A DNA stretch of 64,000 nt from Botryllus schlosseri (Eukaryota). Under the pieces are notes generated by a model that saw only the letters and a program-made list of their open reading frames with translations, ran no database searches and was not told where the DNA came from. The stretch is taken from contig CM119371.1 in the NCBI GenBank assembly GCA_051294905.1, positions 28,274,001-28,338,000 of the forward strand, in the 5' to 3' direction. The translations under genes were made by a program, and so were the position numbers. This document shows, piece by piece, positions 41,090-53,547 of this stretch. Position 1 is the stretch's first letter, and each line of letters begins with the position of its first letter.

Positions 41090-42088
41090 CTCAAGTTCAT
41101 AATAAATATTACGGCAAATCAGAAACCGCCAAAAATGTTAAGATTTTTGTAAATAGAACTGGCGTTTAATATTGCAAAACACAAACAAAAAGCCTCGACA
41201 CCCTTTTAAAACATCTCTGCCTCTGTTCCAGTATGGAATTTGGTTTTTTTTTTTTAATTTTTCGACCATTGTAATTCTATGGATCGAAAAGAACTTCTGA
41301 TTGAACGATGATAGATAATCACTGTATTTAAGTTCACCGAAAACTCACTCATTCTGTATTACAACAACCCAGGTTTCATGATAGATGATTTCAATAACAA
41401 TATTTGATCTGTTGCTATTGAACGCCAACCCTGATGTCACTAACGAAAGCTGAAATTTGATTAATTTATGAAAATGGCAAAATTTAATACGGAAAAAATC
41501 TGACGTGATGGAGACATTATTATAGCACAGAATCGAATTCAGCAACCATAAATTAGCCTAAAATCAATCATTAAAATTTTTGACGCAATTTTTTTTTTCG
41601 AAATTTGTAAACCAGTGTTATCTCCGTCTCGGTCAACTTTCGCCCCCTTAACGTATGATAAATACCCCCTATCAAAGTTATGTTTCATTTTTTGCTGTTC
41701 GATTGTTAGTATGCTTTGCTGAGAGTCATATTTCAATTCATGGTGTTGTATTCTCTTAACGAAGGTATCGTATTTTAGCTTATAATTGTATATAAATATC
41801 AGGCAAAATAGTGTTTTACCCCCTAGCACGTTTACCCCCATAACTTTTTTTCCCCAAGGTAAAAAAAATGACAAAACCCATCATTGAAAAGCTGATAAAA
41901 TTATCTTTCCAACAGTATATAATACGTCTTTATAAGAATTTTTTCTAGGTTGACCGGAAATTCTACTGGACTAAAGTATGATCAATGCACGCACAGTCGC
42001 ACATGCACATTACAACATTTGTTATCATGACGCAAATAGCATGATTAGGCGACAAGCGTCACAATTGTTCAATAAAACAGACAAACAA

Positions 42089-44805
42089 AGCTACTATGCC
42101 AGCATGGCTATTATTCGTCGCACAACAACTACTATTTCTGTAAGGTGTACGTGATGCGATAGCGGCTAGACACTGGATTTCCCTGTGCCACAGGGATATT
42201 CTTGTTAACCCGACTGGGTACAGCTGCTAGCGGTTTTTATCACTTCGAAAATGCAGAGAACGTATTTCTAAATTGTTACGTCATGTTCATGTCACACGGA
42301 TAAGACTATTTATGAGTGGAAATGACGGACCGCACCAGCAGGTTGCACAACCCGTAGTTTCCAACTTTTTATGGACACGACTCCATTTCTAATTGGAAAA
42401 TATAACCTGACCCGGTTAAAAATTTGATAGGATGAATACTATAAAACTCAGCCCCTCTGTCCAGACTCACTCTTGACCTATTTTGGAAGATCATTACGTT
42501 CAACATCTCCACGATCCCCAGAATAAAGGCAAACGACCCTCAGGTTTAGAACCAATGTCCTTGACTAAAGCATCCAAACGGCCTCGACCCACTCTAGTAA
42601 TATACCATGATCATTTATTTTCGATTACAATTAGACTGATTTCAGTGATTGATGGTTATTGCTATTTATTTTTGATTGCATTTTTACGAGGGCGGTCGAC
42701 ATCATACTACATTCAATATATGTGATAGCAAATCGCGCCCAGCTCGAAGAATATTTCAAGTAGCATACATCTGCCTAAAAATGATATTATTTCTGCTAAT
42801 TTACGAAGATTTTATTAGCATACTCAAAGCATTTAAAATTCCGGACAGTTAGGCAGATTTTATAATTTCTTCCGGACAGAGTCTGAACAGTAAAATTCTG
42901 TACATGTCCGGAAAATTCCGGTACGTATGGCAACACTATTCTATTTTAACATCTTTATTCGAAAACAATGGAATGCTCAACAGTACAATGATTGTCCGGT
43001 TGAATACTGTTATACACCGCTACAGCTCTAACGGCCATATAAGTTAGCATATTTCTCAGATGTGGTCAGTAACGAAGTACTTCTACTTTTCGGAAGTACT
43101 CAAGTAGTTTTCCTCTACTTCTGGTACTTACTCAAGTAGATCTGATTTTCTCTACTTCTACTTTTACTTCCTAATATTTTGTGATCTACTTACTTACTTT
43201 TCGCTATTTTCACTTTGGCAAGTAGAAGTAGTCTAATCCCCTAATACGAAAGATAGGCTGAGGAATTTTGGGGCTGTTTTCACGGAGTAGAAACATTTAA
43301 TATTCCTAAAAGTCAAGTAAAGCCCACACAATTTGTTGCGCTTCGCGCACAGTAGTTAATAGTTATGGAGGGACAAATATGTTTTCACCAAAGATTCAGA
43401 GAATATAATTTACGTACCGGATTGCTTATTTCCGCTCACATCGCATCGTCGCCCATATCAAATATTCCATCACAGTAAATATGGCTCATCATAACGTTTG
43501 AAACTACCGTTTCGCAATCTAGCAATTTACCTATCATATCGCAATCTGGCAACCTATAACGTGACCTGCTAATCTAGAAAATCCGGCTTTTTGAACGTTA
43601 CACCTGTTTTAGCAGATCACCTTTGAAGCTTTATGGACAAAAGACATGAAATATATTTTCCGCTTTTCAAAAGTGGGATTTTTATTTCACTTTAATTCCG
43701 AGTATCATACATTGAGTTCTAATCACTTTCAGTTCTTTTGTTTGCAGAACATACATGTTGAAGCATAAAAGCAAGTGTAGTAATGCCTTTATTTTCCGAA
43801 AATAAAGCTACACTAAATATAAAATTTTACGATCCACAATATTTGTTATTAACGTATACTAATCGCGAAAGGGGTGAAATCGTATCCGATACAACTTCTC
43901 CGTTTTGCTCTTCGCCTAAACTTGGGGTCTCATAATGTGATGTAGGGCGCCATGTCATGATATTCTCTAAACCGAGGCCTTCTAATAAACAAAGAATTAG
44001 TATCGAATTTTCATATCAGCACTGTAATTTGCAACCCATGATGCGAAAGAATGTTTATTCTGTCGAAAATTGATACCTCTTCGGATATATCAATTTCAAT
44101 ACGAATCAAACTCTCTGCACCTTCTGCATAGCTCAATTTGCAGCTTTTGACAGTCCACGCGAGCGAATTAAGACCGATATCAAAACTACTTACTTACTTG
44201 AGTAGATTTCAAGTCAGTCAGTTCTACTTCTACTTCAAGTAGTTTTAGGTGACTTATAGAAGAAGTACTTCTACTTCTACTTGTGTAGCTTTCTCGGCTA
44301 CTTTGACCACCTCTGATTGTTCCACGCTCCCTTTGTTTTAGTCGTAATCTTGACGTTAGCCATGGGTACGCATTGTGAGGAATACAGCAAACGCGGACGT
44401 TGGAATTTGGTTCATTAGTATTACCAGACTTGGACAACCAAATAATTCTAGTGGCCTAATTTCAGTAAACAAGACAAAAATGCCAGTAATCTAATTCTAA
44501 TCCAATTCGCGAAATGTTTCTATTCTCTGATTCTAATTCTAATCTAATTTGTGAAATGTTCCTATGCTCTAAATTTCATTCTAATGTAATGTGTTGAATT
44601 TTTCTATTCTCTAATTTTAATTCTAATCTAATTTGTTGTTTTCCGGAAGAAGCACTTTTTGTCTACGGTATTTTGCAGTGAGTGGACAAAAATAACCCAT
44701 CTCGCGCAGGGAAATCCAGTGGTAAGCCGCCATCGTATTGCTTACACTACATTACATTGTCGTAGTACTCTTGTGACTAATAATGGCCATGCTAGCACAG
44801 TAGCT
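42089..44805. mobile_element. Old element bounded by ~120-bp diverged inverted repeats
   Basis: agctactatgccagcatggctattatt...cactggatttccctg vs cagggaaatccagtg...aataatggccatgctagcacagtagct; no clear TSD. Confidence 0.5.
43057..44315 (-). mobile_element. Inverted copy of the AAGTAG-repeat hAT element (6388-7722)
   Basis: End-to-end reverse-complement similarity, CTACTT arrays, TIR cagatgtggtca/tgaccacctctg. Confidence 0.88.
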
Positions 44806-45120
44806 TGTAGTCTGCGTACGACCTTCTAGTTTCGATCACAAACAGAATAGCAGCAAGAAAAAAAGATGATTAACCCAGGCTTATTCACGTAGAAGTACAA
44901 ACGCAACAAGAAATATCATGGTCATAAACAGGCCTCGTGTTGGTGAACCCTGGAAGGCTATAATGCAAAACGAGCCAAGTCTTGCGTACAGACATTCGCA
45001 TGCTTATCGGAATGCACTGTAATTTAATGTGAATCGAACTTGATTTTTGCTGTATTTCTTCTCATTCGCAATTTCATTCAATTGTCAATTTTTTGTGAAT
45101 TCAGTAATTCTACTTCTAAT

Positions 45121-46086
45121 CAGTGTTGGGATGCCTCGAGTCATGACTTGACTCGAGTCAGACTCGAGTCAACTTTTTCGTATGACATGACTTGACTCGA
45201 GTCACGTTGCAAAAATGACTTGACTTGACTTGACTCGTAGCTTCAGAAACGTGGATTGACTCGTGACTCGGAGCAAAATTTTCGAGTCAATTTCAAGTCA
45301 TCAAGTAACGATGTCGATTAAGTCACCCTATCTTATGTATGTTCGGATTGTTCACGATATGTGGATGTCACTTGTGAGAGCAACCAGTCATTTACTGATT
45401 GTACGTTTCACTGATCCTCCATTGTTACATCACAAATAAATTGAGCGCAAACGAAACGATCACAGCTTACGTTGTAGTATAATCTAATAGCAACGTATCT
45501 TTGTTCTTATACGACTCTGCTTATGTGCAGTGCTCAGTGAGCATTTTATAATTTAAATCGAACGAACATAGTATATGTGTTTATATTCACACGGATGTGT
45601 AGATGACGTAGTGTACCAACTACCATATCGATTTGTTTCAACTTTTCAAGGCTTCGTATTTGATCCTCTATTTAGGCCGATAATAACAGACTGTAGCATG
45701 TAGCTATACAGTTACTCATGAATTTTATTAGGACTTCAACGTGTGCGTGAGCGATACAACGCATTTATGCATGCATATTTAACTTTATATTCGTTATCTG
45801 ATTCAAGACAAATGGACAGTTAATTTGTCTTTCACCCAGTTAGCAAAATGTAATGACTTTGCATCGTCACTCATACTTCGAAAATTCAATTTGACTTGAA
45901 TTGTGACTTGACTCGTGACTTGACTTGACTTGACTCGACTTGACTCGAGTCACCTCCAAAAAACGAGTGACTTGACTTGACTCGAGTCACTTTCGAAAAT
46001 CGATTGACTTGACTTGACTCGAGTCAAAATGTGCAATGACTCGACATGACTCGTGACTCGAAGGTAGTGACTTGATCCCAACACTG
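45121..46086 (+). mobile_element. hAT-type MITE with GACTT/GACTC subterminal pentamer arrays
   Basis: TIR cagtgttgggat/atcccaacactg; perfect TSD cttctaat. Confidence 0.92.
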
Positions 46087-46619
46087 CTTCTAATATAGTT
46101 TGAAAGAAAAAGCAGCTCAGATCTAATTATAATTATAATCTAAATTCGAAAAAGCTCTGTAGCTATAATTCTTATTCCAGTCTAATTTGGAAACAACTGT
46201 GTAGCTCTAATTCTAATTCTAATCCTATTTGGAAAAGCTGAAGCTTTTCTAGTTTTCCAAGTCTGAGTATTACATCGCGATTCGGGAAATTTCCTTCAAG
46301 ACATAATATAGCCTTGTACGGTTCAAAATTAAACGAATCTGTCACACGATATCACAAACGCGGCAACAGGGGTAAATAGCTCAGGCATAGGACTAATGTC
46401 GTATGCTTATAATTTTGCCTATGAACTCGAACATACTCGACAATTGTTGTCTTCAGGGATTATTTAATGGAGGCATTTCCTGCTAAAACTTGTATATTTG
46501 TTAGACATGTGTGGAATAATACAAGCACCTCTACTCAGAATGGCTTCACAGGCCAGATAAAATCGTGTTGCGGGCCTGATACGGACGGCGGACCGTATGT
46601 TTCACATCCCTAAATATAC

Positions 46620-47514
46620 CAGTGTTGGGATCAAGTCACTACCTTCGAGTCACGAGTCATTTCGAGTCATTGCACATTTTGACTCGAGTCAAGTCAAGTC
46701 AATCGATTTTCGGAAGTGACTCGAGTCAAGTCAAGTCGAGTCAAGTCAAGTCAAGTCAAGTCAAGTCAAGTCACGAGTCAAGTCACAATTCAAGCCAAGT
46801 TGCCTTTTCGAAGTATGAGGCATGATAACGTCATTGCATTGAGCTAGATGTCTGAAATACAGATTGAGTGGTCAATGATTTTGAACCGATGAACGAATAT
46901 AGAGTTAAATATACACGCTAAAGGACCTAAGTAATTGCATAGCCTCAGTTGATAGTTACCAGCCAAAATTGAGAAAAGAGAAATGAATTGATAAGATGAG
47001 ATACAGTACCCATTGACAAGCTGATATGATACAATTCTAGCCTGCGCCAATGTTTGAGAACTATATAAGCTAAATTCTAATTCAATTATAATTAAACAAG
47101 TGGTTTCGTTAAGGTGAGAACAGAAATAGACATTTTGAAATTAAATTACTTTACTGTATACTAGTTTACGACAACGTAAGCTGTAAGCTTCGGTCACTCC
47201 GCTTGCGGTCAATTTATTCGTGAGAGTACAATAGAGGCCCAGTAAAACGCACGATCATTGTATGATTGGTCGCTCCTACTGGTTACAACAGCGTTTCGAG
47301 AACATTACGAATATATGCAAGATACAGTGATTTTTATCGACACCGATTACTTGATGACTTGAAATTGACTCGTGAATTTTGCTCCGAGTTACGAGTCAAT
47401 CCACATTTCGGAGACGCCAAGTCAAGTCAAGTCAAGTTATTTTAGCAAAGTGACTCGAGTCAAGTCAAGTCATACGAAAAAAGTCAAGTCATGACTCGAG
47501 TCATCCCAACACTG
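46620..47514 (-). mobile_element. Inverted second copy of the GACTT-array MITE
   Basis: Same TIRs in reverse orientation; TSD aaatatac/atatatac. Confidence 0.9.
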
Positions 47515-47995
47515 ATATATACACACACTTTCGGCGCGGCCTAGTAACTTATAGATCGCTATCTGTATTTCACATGATGCAGAAATCGTTCCAAAAGACC
47601 TGTTTACGCTGCTATAGTCCTGACAGACGGAGGTTAACGAGTTCACAGTTGCATTACTGATATTACTGCACACATATTCGCTAGCTTCTCATATATACCG
47701 AGAGTGGGTATGGGTGAAGGTGATGACCATTTTTTCAGTAATCAGCTTGCAAATTGAGAAGTGGGGTCGCCAAACATTTTAAAATCGAAATTTGGAGTCA
47801 CGACCATAGAAAAATTGGGAACCCCGGCTTAGGCAACTTGAAATTATACGCACCGTATGCGAATCACTGTCTCGATGGGATAGGAAACTACTTCAATATA
47901 ATTAGAACCAAAGCGGCTGCCAATAGCTTAATTTTGTGTATATCGCATGCGCATGGTATCGGCTCAACGAAATATTGATTTTATGTATCTAATAG

Positions 47996-49354
47996 GTATC
48001 AACTATACCAAACTCATAAAGACGGTGAACAACAGCACAAAAGAAAAAACATCATTTCGCATCCTCGACAACTTCAAGGATGAAGGACTTCAGGAACCCG
48101 ATTTTGAAGTTTTCCCGCAGATTATAAGATTTGACTTGTCTGATCATCTGCATCGGCACACATCTTATATATTTAGCAGCAGTTATCCTAACGAGTATCA
48201 AAGCGAAGATAAAGTGATAAAAGTCGAAGACTTCATGGCATCGATATGGCAGAAGGAGGAGTCGAAACCGGGCAAGGCGATTGACATCACCGCCATCATT
48301 GCATCTGCTGGTTCGGGAAAAACCACTCTCATACGAAGAATTGCTAAGGAAGCGCTCAATACATCATTGGCTGAAATAAACAACCAGCCGAAAATGGTTC
48401 ATTATGTTGAATTGAAGGGTATCCGGGACGTCAAATTCATTAAAACGTCCAAATTTCTATTTGGTAGTGTTTACCAATGCGATTCTGAAGAAGAACAGGC
48501 TTTCGAATGGTTGGTCAGAAACCAAACTGACGCAATTTTGATTTTCGATGGATTCGATGAAACAGAATGGATCCTTGATGAGAATAGTAACAGAGAAATA
48601 AGAAGTGATGAAGTTGCAAGTCCCTCGACCATTATGCACAATATCCTAGCTCGCTATATCCTTCCTCGCGTAAAAATCTTCATCGCTTCACGTGAATTCA
48701 GAATAGCGGAGTTACCACTCACAATAATATCGCAAATGAATGTCATCGCATTGAACGGTTTAACTTTACAAGACGCTCGAAGACTTTTCATCTTTCTCTT
48801 GGGAGAAAAAGGGGAAAATCTTTGGGAGATAATAGAAACCATGCCACCTCGATTACTAGAACCTATCTCTGTCCCCGTTTTCCTGATTGTAACGGCAATT
48901 GTGCTGGGAAGGGACCCCACAAGAGATCCTCCCACTACGGTCACAGAATTGTACAATAGGATCATCTCGAGTTTACCGACCATACCAAACATCCGAAATG
49001 GGGAAAAAATATTTTCGATACTTAACAACTTAAAATGGGTGGCGTTTCGGGGTATAAGGAAGGGAATTGTATTTAACCAAACACATTTGAAGCTATTCGA
49101 CGTCTCAGCCGCAGAAGCTCAAGACTTCATGACAAAGGTCCCAAATCCAAGTAGTCTACAGAAAGACGATTTCATAATTCACTTCGTTCATAAAACTATG
49201 ATGAAATTCCTTGCGGCAAGCTTTTTAGCAGAGTTGGATTTGGTTGCATTCACAGGCATTTATGAAAAATATCTCGAGAAAGACGAATGGCGTGACGTCA
49301 AACAATTTGTTGCCGGAATCGTCTACTCAAGATCTTCAGACAAGATTCACAAAG
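47996..49354 (+). CDS. NACHT-domain (STAND NTPase) exon of NLR-like gene B
   Basis: Lies in the 488-aa ORF. Walker A ASAGSGKTT, Walker B AILIFDGFDE, sensor-1-like IFIASR, VPVFL, PTTVTELY, winged-helix FVHKTMMKFLAA and WRDVKQFVAG are present. Acceptor tatctaatag| and donor AAAG|gtcagg are both phase 1. Confidence 0.92.
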
Positions 49355-51066
49355 GTCAGGATTATAAGTCGCATAGGTCATATCATGATTGTTGTCTGTG
49401 GTATTCATGGTGATTGTCGATTCCAACGGACATTTAGGCTACATCAAATCGATTTTCTTTATTTTGATTCCTTAGCTTGCGACTTAGGCTACAGCATATC
49501 CCACTTCTAGGCTTTTTATAAGAAACCGGTCACGCAGTTGAGATGGCGAAGAAGAGCCTGGTTGGACCCCCAACACTTAGGGATTTGGGAGTCCGACTCG
49601 AATCCGCAACCAATTGGTATTGTAGCTATGGATTATATGACCACGCTATCTCCCCACTTTAGGCATGTCGTGTCAGAGCGTGTAAAATTCGTAGTATTCT
49701 AAACCAGTGTTCTTCAACCTTTTCCGTCGTGGTACGCCCTTATAACGTTTAGCCGAAACTCGTACACCCCTGACCACATATTACAGTATTACACGGTTCC
49801 GTATAGTAACCCTAATCCAGGGGTGTTTATTTTTTTTGCTAATCTAGGTCGTATTTTGATTACATAAATAGCATGCGGCCGCATTCCGACGAAGAGTCAT
49901 GATAGCTCATCTGGACGTCATTATACTCATGATAAAATAGGCCACTGGGAACTTCGCACCGTGTAGAGCTCTTGTGGTGCTCTGTGCCATTACTGATTGT
50001 ACATTAAACGCTCTCATATTTGAGATCTCATTTCATGCTGGCGACGTGATACTTTGTGATACGATTGTTGATATATAATGTGCTTTCGAATTCTCTACTA
50101 GTTGCTGACGATTACCCCTGACGAGTGTCAGTCGTTAAATATTTGGGTTCATTTCAATATGAATATACTATTTAATTAAGGCACTTCTATTTAAATCCTT
50201 GATTCTTCGATTCGAAAGGCATATTATACATGCCATATATTTTATCTCCAAATAGCAGCACAACACTAATGAAATATTCGCAGGATATAGAGATGTTATT
50301 CGTAGAACCCTATATATGTTTTCAACACCATGTAACTTCAATACAACCGTTCAGCATTGGTGTTTTAGTCTCCGAGAGTAACTAACTTTTAATACATTTT
50401 TTCTTGAAACATCCTCACGATGCACTTCGTTACGTCCTCCGAAACTGGTGTTGATGTCACAGGCTCCTAATTCTTGTTGACAGGGTTAGAAACACGACAT
50501 GGCTTTCAAGAAGTTGCGAGTAGTATATGAGCAATTGGACATATTTCGTATTTTCCGTCTTTGCGGACGTGGTAGTAATTCTTGTTACAAATTTCATTTT
50601 TGATAAAAATGCTCTGAATGATTCAAGCATCCTCATATTTACTCAGCATTGCTCCCAGTGCCGAATGAAATCGTTTGGTTGACACTCCTGCTTTTAGTGA
50701 AAACAATACCGTGTCAAGAACAAATGCTGTGCCATACAACGTCAATATTTCAGTTCTTCAGCAGTGTCAAGTATTCGTGTGGAGCCGTAGTTAGCATTCT
50801 CTCCCGAATTGATATTTCTGTTGTCAGAGAAGCTTACTGAATTTACGATTGATGTGTTACGTGAAGAAGCAATATAAATGACATACGTATGGCTAAATAT
50901 TTCATATTTTGGTGTGAGGAGTACGAGGTGGTCTAGTCTGGTCGACCTCCGATCACGCAGCAATATCAACACCAGGGTCATCCCGGTGTGTACCGTCAGA
51001 TCCTACAGATATATTGATTTTGAAATTGTGAACATAACAGCTTACTGATGTAATTTGTTGTGTCAG

Positions 51067-51368
51067 TCTCAGATCGGAAGAAGAAACAAGATTACATTTC
51101 TCGCACAACTCTTTCGCAATTTGGGACGATCGTCGAAGGACACGCTCGCGAGGAATTATACGCTGCGATTTACGAAACGAATGACGACGATTTGATCAAA
51201 AATCTTTCTGTTATCGATGTGTCTCTTCATCTTTTCCGACGTGCTAAAAATCATATTATTGGATCATTGATAGCAAAAAGTGGAGGACTCAAATATTTGA
51301 GTCTGCGTTCTTGCGACGACGACGACAAATTTTCCATAATCACAAAATGCCTGACAAAGAGAATTGAG
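51067..51368 (+). CDS. Gene B post-NACHT (HD2/first LRR) exon
   Basis: Acceptor ttgttgtgtcag| (phase 1, joins the NACHT exon in frame), donor |gtgggt. Contains the LRR-like LKYLSLRSC and is paralogous to 3390-3694. Confidence 0.85.
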
Positions 51369-51422
51369 GTGGGTCTCTTCACGTTTTGAATCGCATGACG
51401 TGCTGTACTGGTTCACCAAGCA

Positions 51423-53539
51423 CAGAAGTGGGCAAACTACGACCCACGACTGCACTTTGTGCGACCTGCGAAAGCCTCAAAAACGGTAGGAAAGTATATA
51501 TAAAAAAACATATTGATAAATTGGGTAGCGTAAATTCAATTGCAGAAGCGACTTAATTGAAACTCTTTCCTAATATATTTCACCAATATATAGATAGGTA
51601 ACTTCAACTACATTTTATAGTACTGGCGGCACCGTTAACTTTTGATCCCGCTTATTTGAGAGGATGTGGTAGCTAAATACCCCAGAAAGTCTCAAAACGG
51701 AAATTACTTAATTCGGATCAGGAGTACAATATTGAATTCCTAATCCCAGCACGTCCATTACTTTCAATGCGTTAGACAACGTGGAACAAGTGATTATTCC
51801 TCTTGTGTGCAGTTAGATAAAACTCATTCGTAACGTTTTGTAATGAGTCTTTCTACGCAATCTAAACAGCGAGTTGAAGTCCAAGTTGAAGTGATGCTTT
51901 GCCTTCAAGAAAGAATCGACAACAATGATTTTTGTTTGGGCGTCGGAGGAAACGCATTGGCATTGTTTACTATATAGGCCTTGTGAATGAGTCCCTTGCT
52001 AAAGTTTTAAACGTCACTTTAAACCGATTATCCTAGTAAGGACCGTAACTGCCACACCCCAAACCCCCCAATTGGGGGCGTCCTGAGCTCGAAGGGGGCC
52101 CCAAATTATTTCGTGAATTAACATAAATTATATAGAGTATTTTTTGAAAATTTATGCAACTTTTTCAAAAAATTTTCGCGCTGCGCGAGATTTAAAGATG
52201 CCAAATTTCCTAATTATTTGGTACTATTCCCCCAAGAAAAAACACGCAAGATATATAGAAATGGACATATCGGCGTTGGCCATTACCACGCCACTACGCA
52301 CCAAGATATATAACGATTTAGAACATATTACATGCGACTCGAAGAAACGATCGGCAGCGCGAAAAGCTTGGCCGAAAAGGACTGCCCTTACGATGACCGA
52401 AAACTTCGTTATATATACAAAATAATAGGTTTAATTGTCCATATGCGCCTAAATGACTGGCGCCATATGTTCCTGTCTTGGCAATATGATCCTCAGAAGA
52501 CAAATTGTGTGCGTCTTTTAGTTCAGTAAGTTTGAGCGATTCTATATTTTTGATATAGCAGACAGGTGGTAACGAAATAAAATCATGTAACGAAGTCATA
52601 CCAACGGGTCCGCCCGCCCGAAGATGTTTAATTATTGTTTACAGGCCCTACAGTTTCCGGTAAATTTGATAACGTGAGCAGAGAGGACAAGAAATTGATA
52701 GCAATATATATGCAATTCCCGATCTTATTGACCGGTGGTATCACGAATTATCGAAAATTTTCGCACATCGCGCTGGCTCGCTAAACAGTTCAGCTAATTT
52801 CGTGACAAAAGCGAACACTGTGATGAGGAGAACCAATACAGATGTCAAATTGCGGCATAAAGCGGATAGGCAAAGGGGGTCTGGGGGACGTAGCCCCCCA
52901 TAAGTTCGCTTTATCACCCTGTGCGGGGCTCAAGGCCAACGTTTTGGGGGGCTGGCGAAGTGCTGTTACGGCCCTGATCCTAGTAATAGGCACAATTTAT
53001 CAAATTACGAGCTCCTGAAAAAATCAACCGAAATATTATTATCTTGACGAGAACATTAAATTATGTTGATGTCATTTCATTAACGAAAGTGCTGTTAAGT
53101 TTTATACTGTACCATAGTAAGCTATATTTGCTGAGACTTATATGTGTATCGTGCTCGTGATGCTGGCAACATTGTGTTTCTTGAAGTTAAACTAAAAGTA
53201 GAATCGCAAATCAAGATCGCTGCTCACAATCTCAAATTGCCATTTTGTTCTATAAGAAGCGGCACAGCCGACTTTCATCCCTCATTTAGCAAATTTGTTA
53301 TTAAGGATGACCAGGTTAGAAAATCTCGTTGATGATTCTGACGTACGCGCGTTTTAATCAAATCCATGTTTGTTTTGTGTTAAATGTGTACAATAATTAT
53401 CTTTATGTCCAAGGCCAGGATAAAAATAATATCAAGTTTAAGTTGGGGCTTATAATCTCAATTTTACTATGTAGTGCGACCCCAATGGATTCAAATGTTC
53501 AATGCAGCCCGTGATTAAAAATGTTTTTTCTCGCCCTTG
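51423..53539. mobile_element. Diverged hAT element related to 5482-6306, with a nested insertion
   Basis: Shared left end (gtgggcaaactacg) and internal blocks (atattgataaa, atatttcacca, agatcgctgctcaca, cgactttcatc); TSD not preserved. Confidence 0.65.
52038..52976 (+). mobile_element. Full-length copy of the most abundant local hAT MITE family (cagggccgtaac-type ends)
   Basis: aaggaccgtaac/gttacggccctg, perfect TSD atcctagt. Fragments also lie near 9527, 15930, 20990, 22300, 30580, 31590, 32490 and 39330. Confidence 0.9.
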
Positions 53540-53547
53540 GTCTAACG

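Larger units (their letters stand above)
37730..41973. mobile_element. Academ-type non-autonomous DNA transposon
   Basis: TAG...CTA termini, long (>100 bp) imperfect TIRs (ggtcaacctagaaaaaattcttataaagacg...), 3-bp TSD aag on both sides. Confidence 0.75.

Noticed and set aside
45121..47514. GACTT/AAGTC arrays (and the AAGTAG arrays at 6400-7720) as CRISPR-like repeats or an SSQVK repeat protein
   Set aside because: There is no repeat-spacer architecture and no cas genes. These are subterminal arrays inside TIR/TSD-bounded elements.
48198..49028. Minus-strand ORFs of 60-124 aa
   Set aside because: They are antisense shadows of the NACHT exon.
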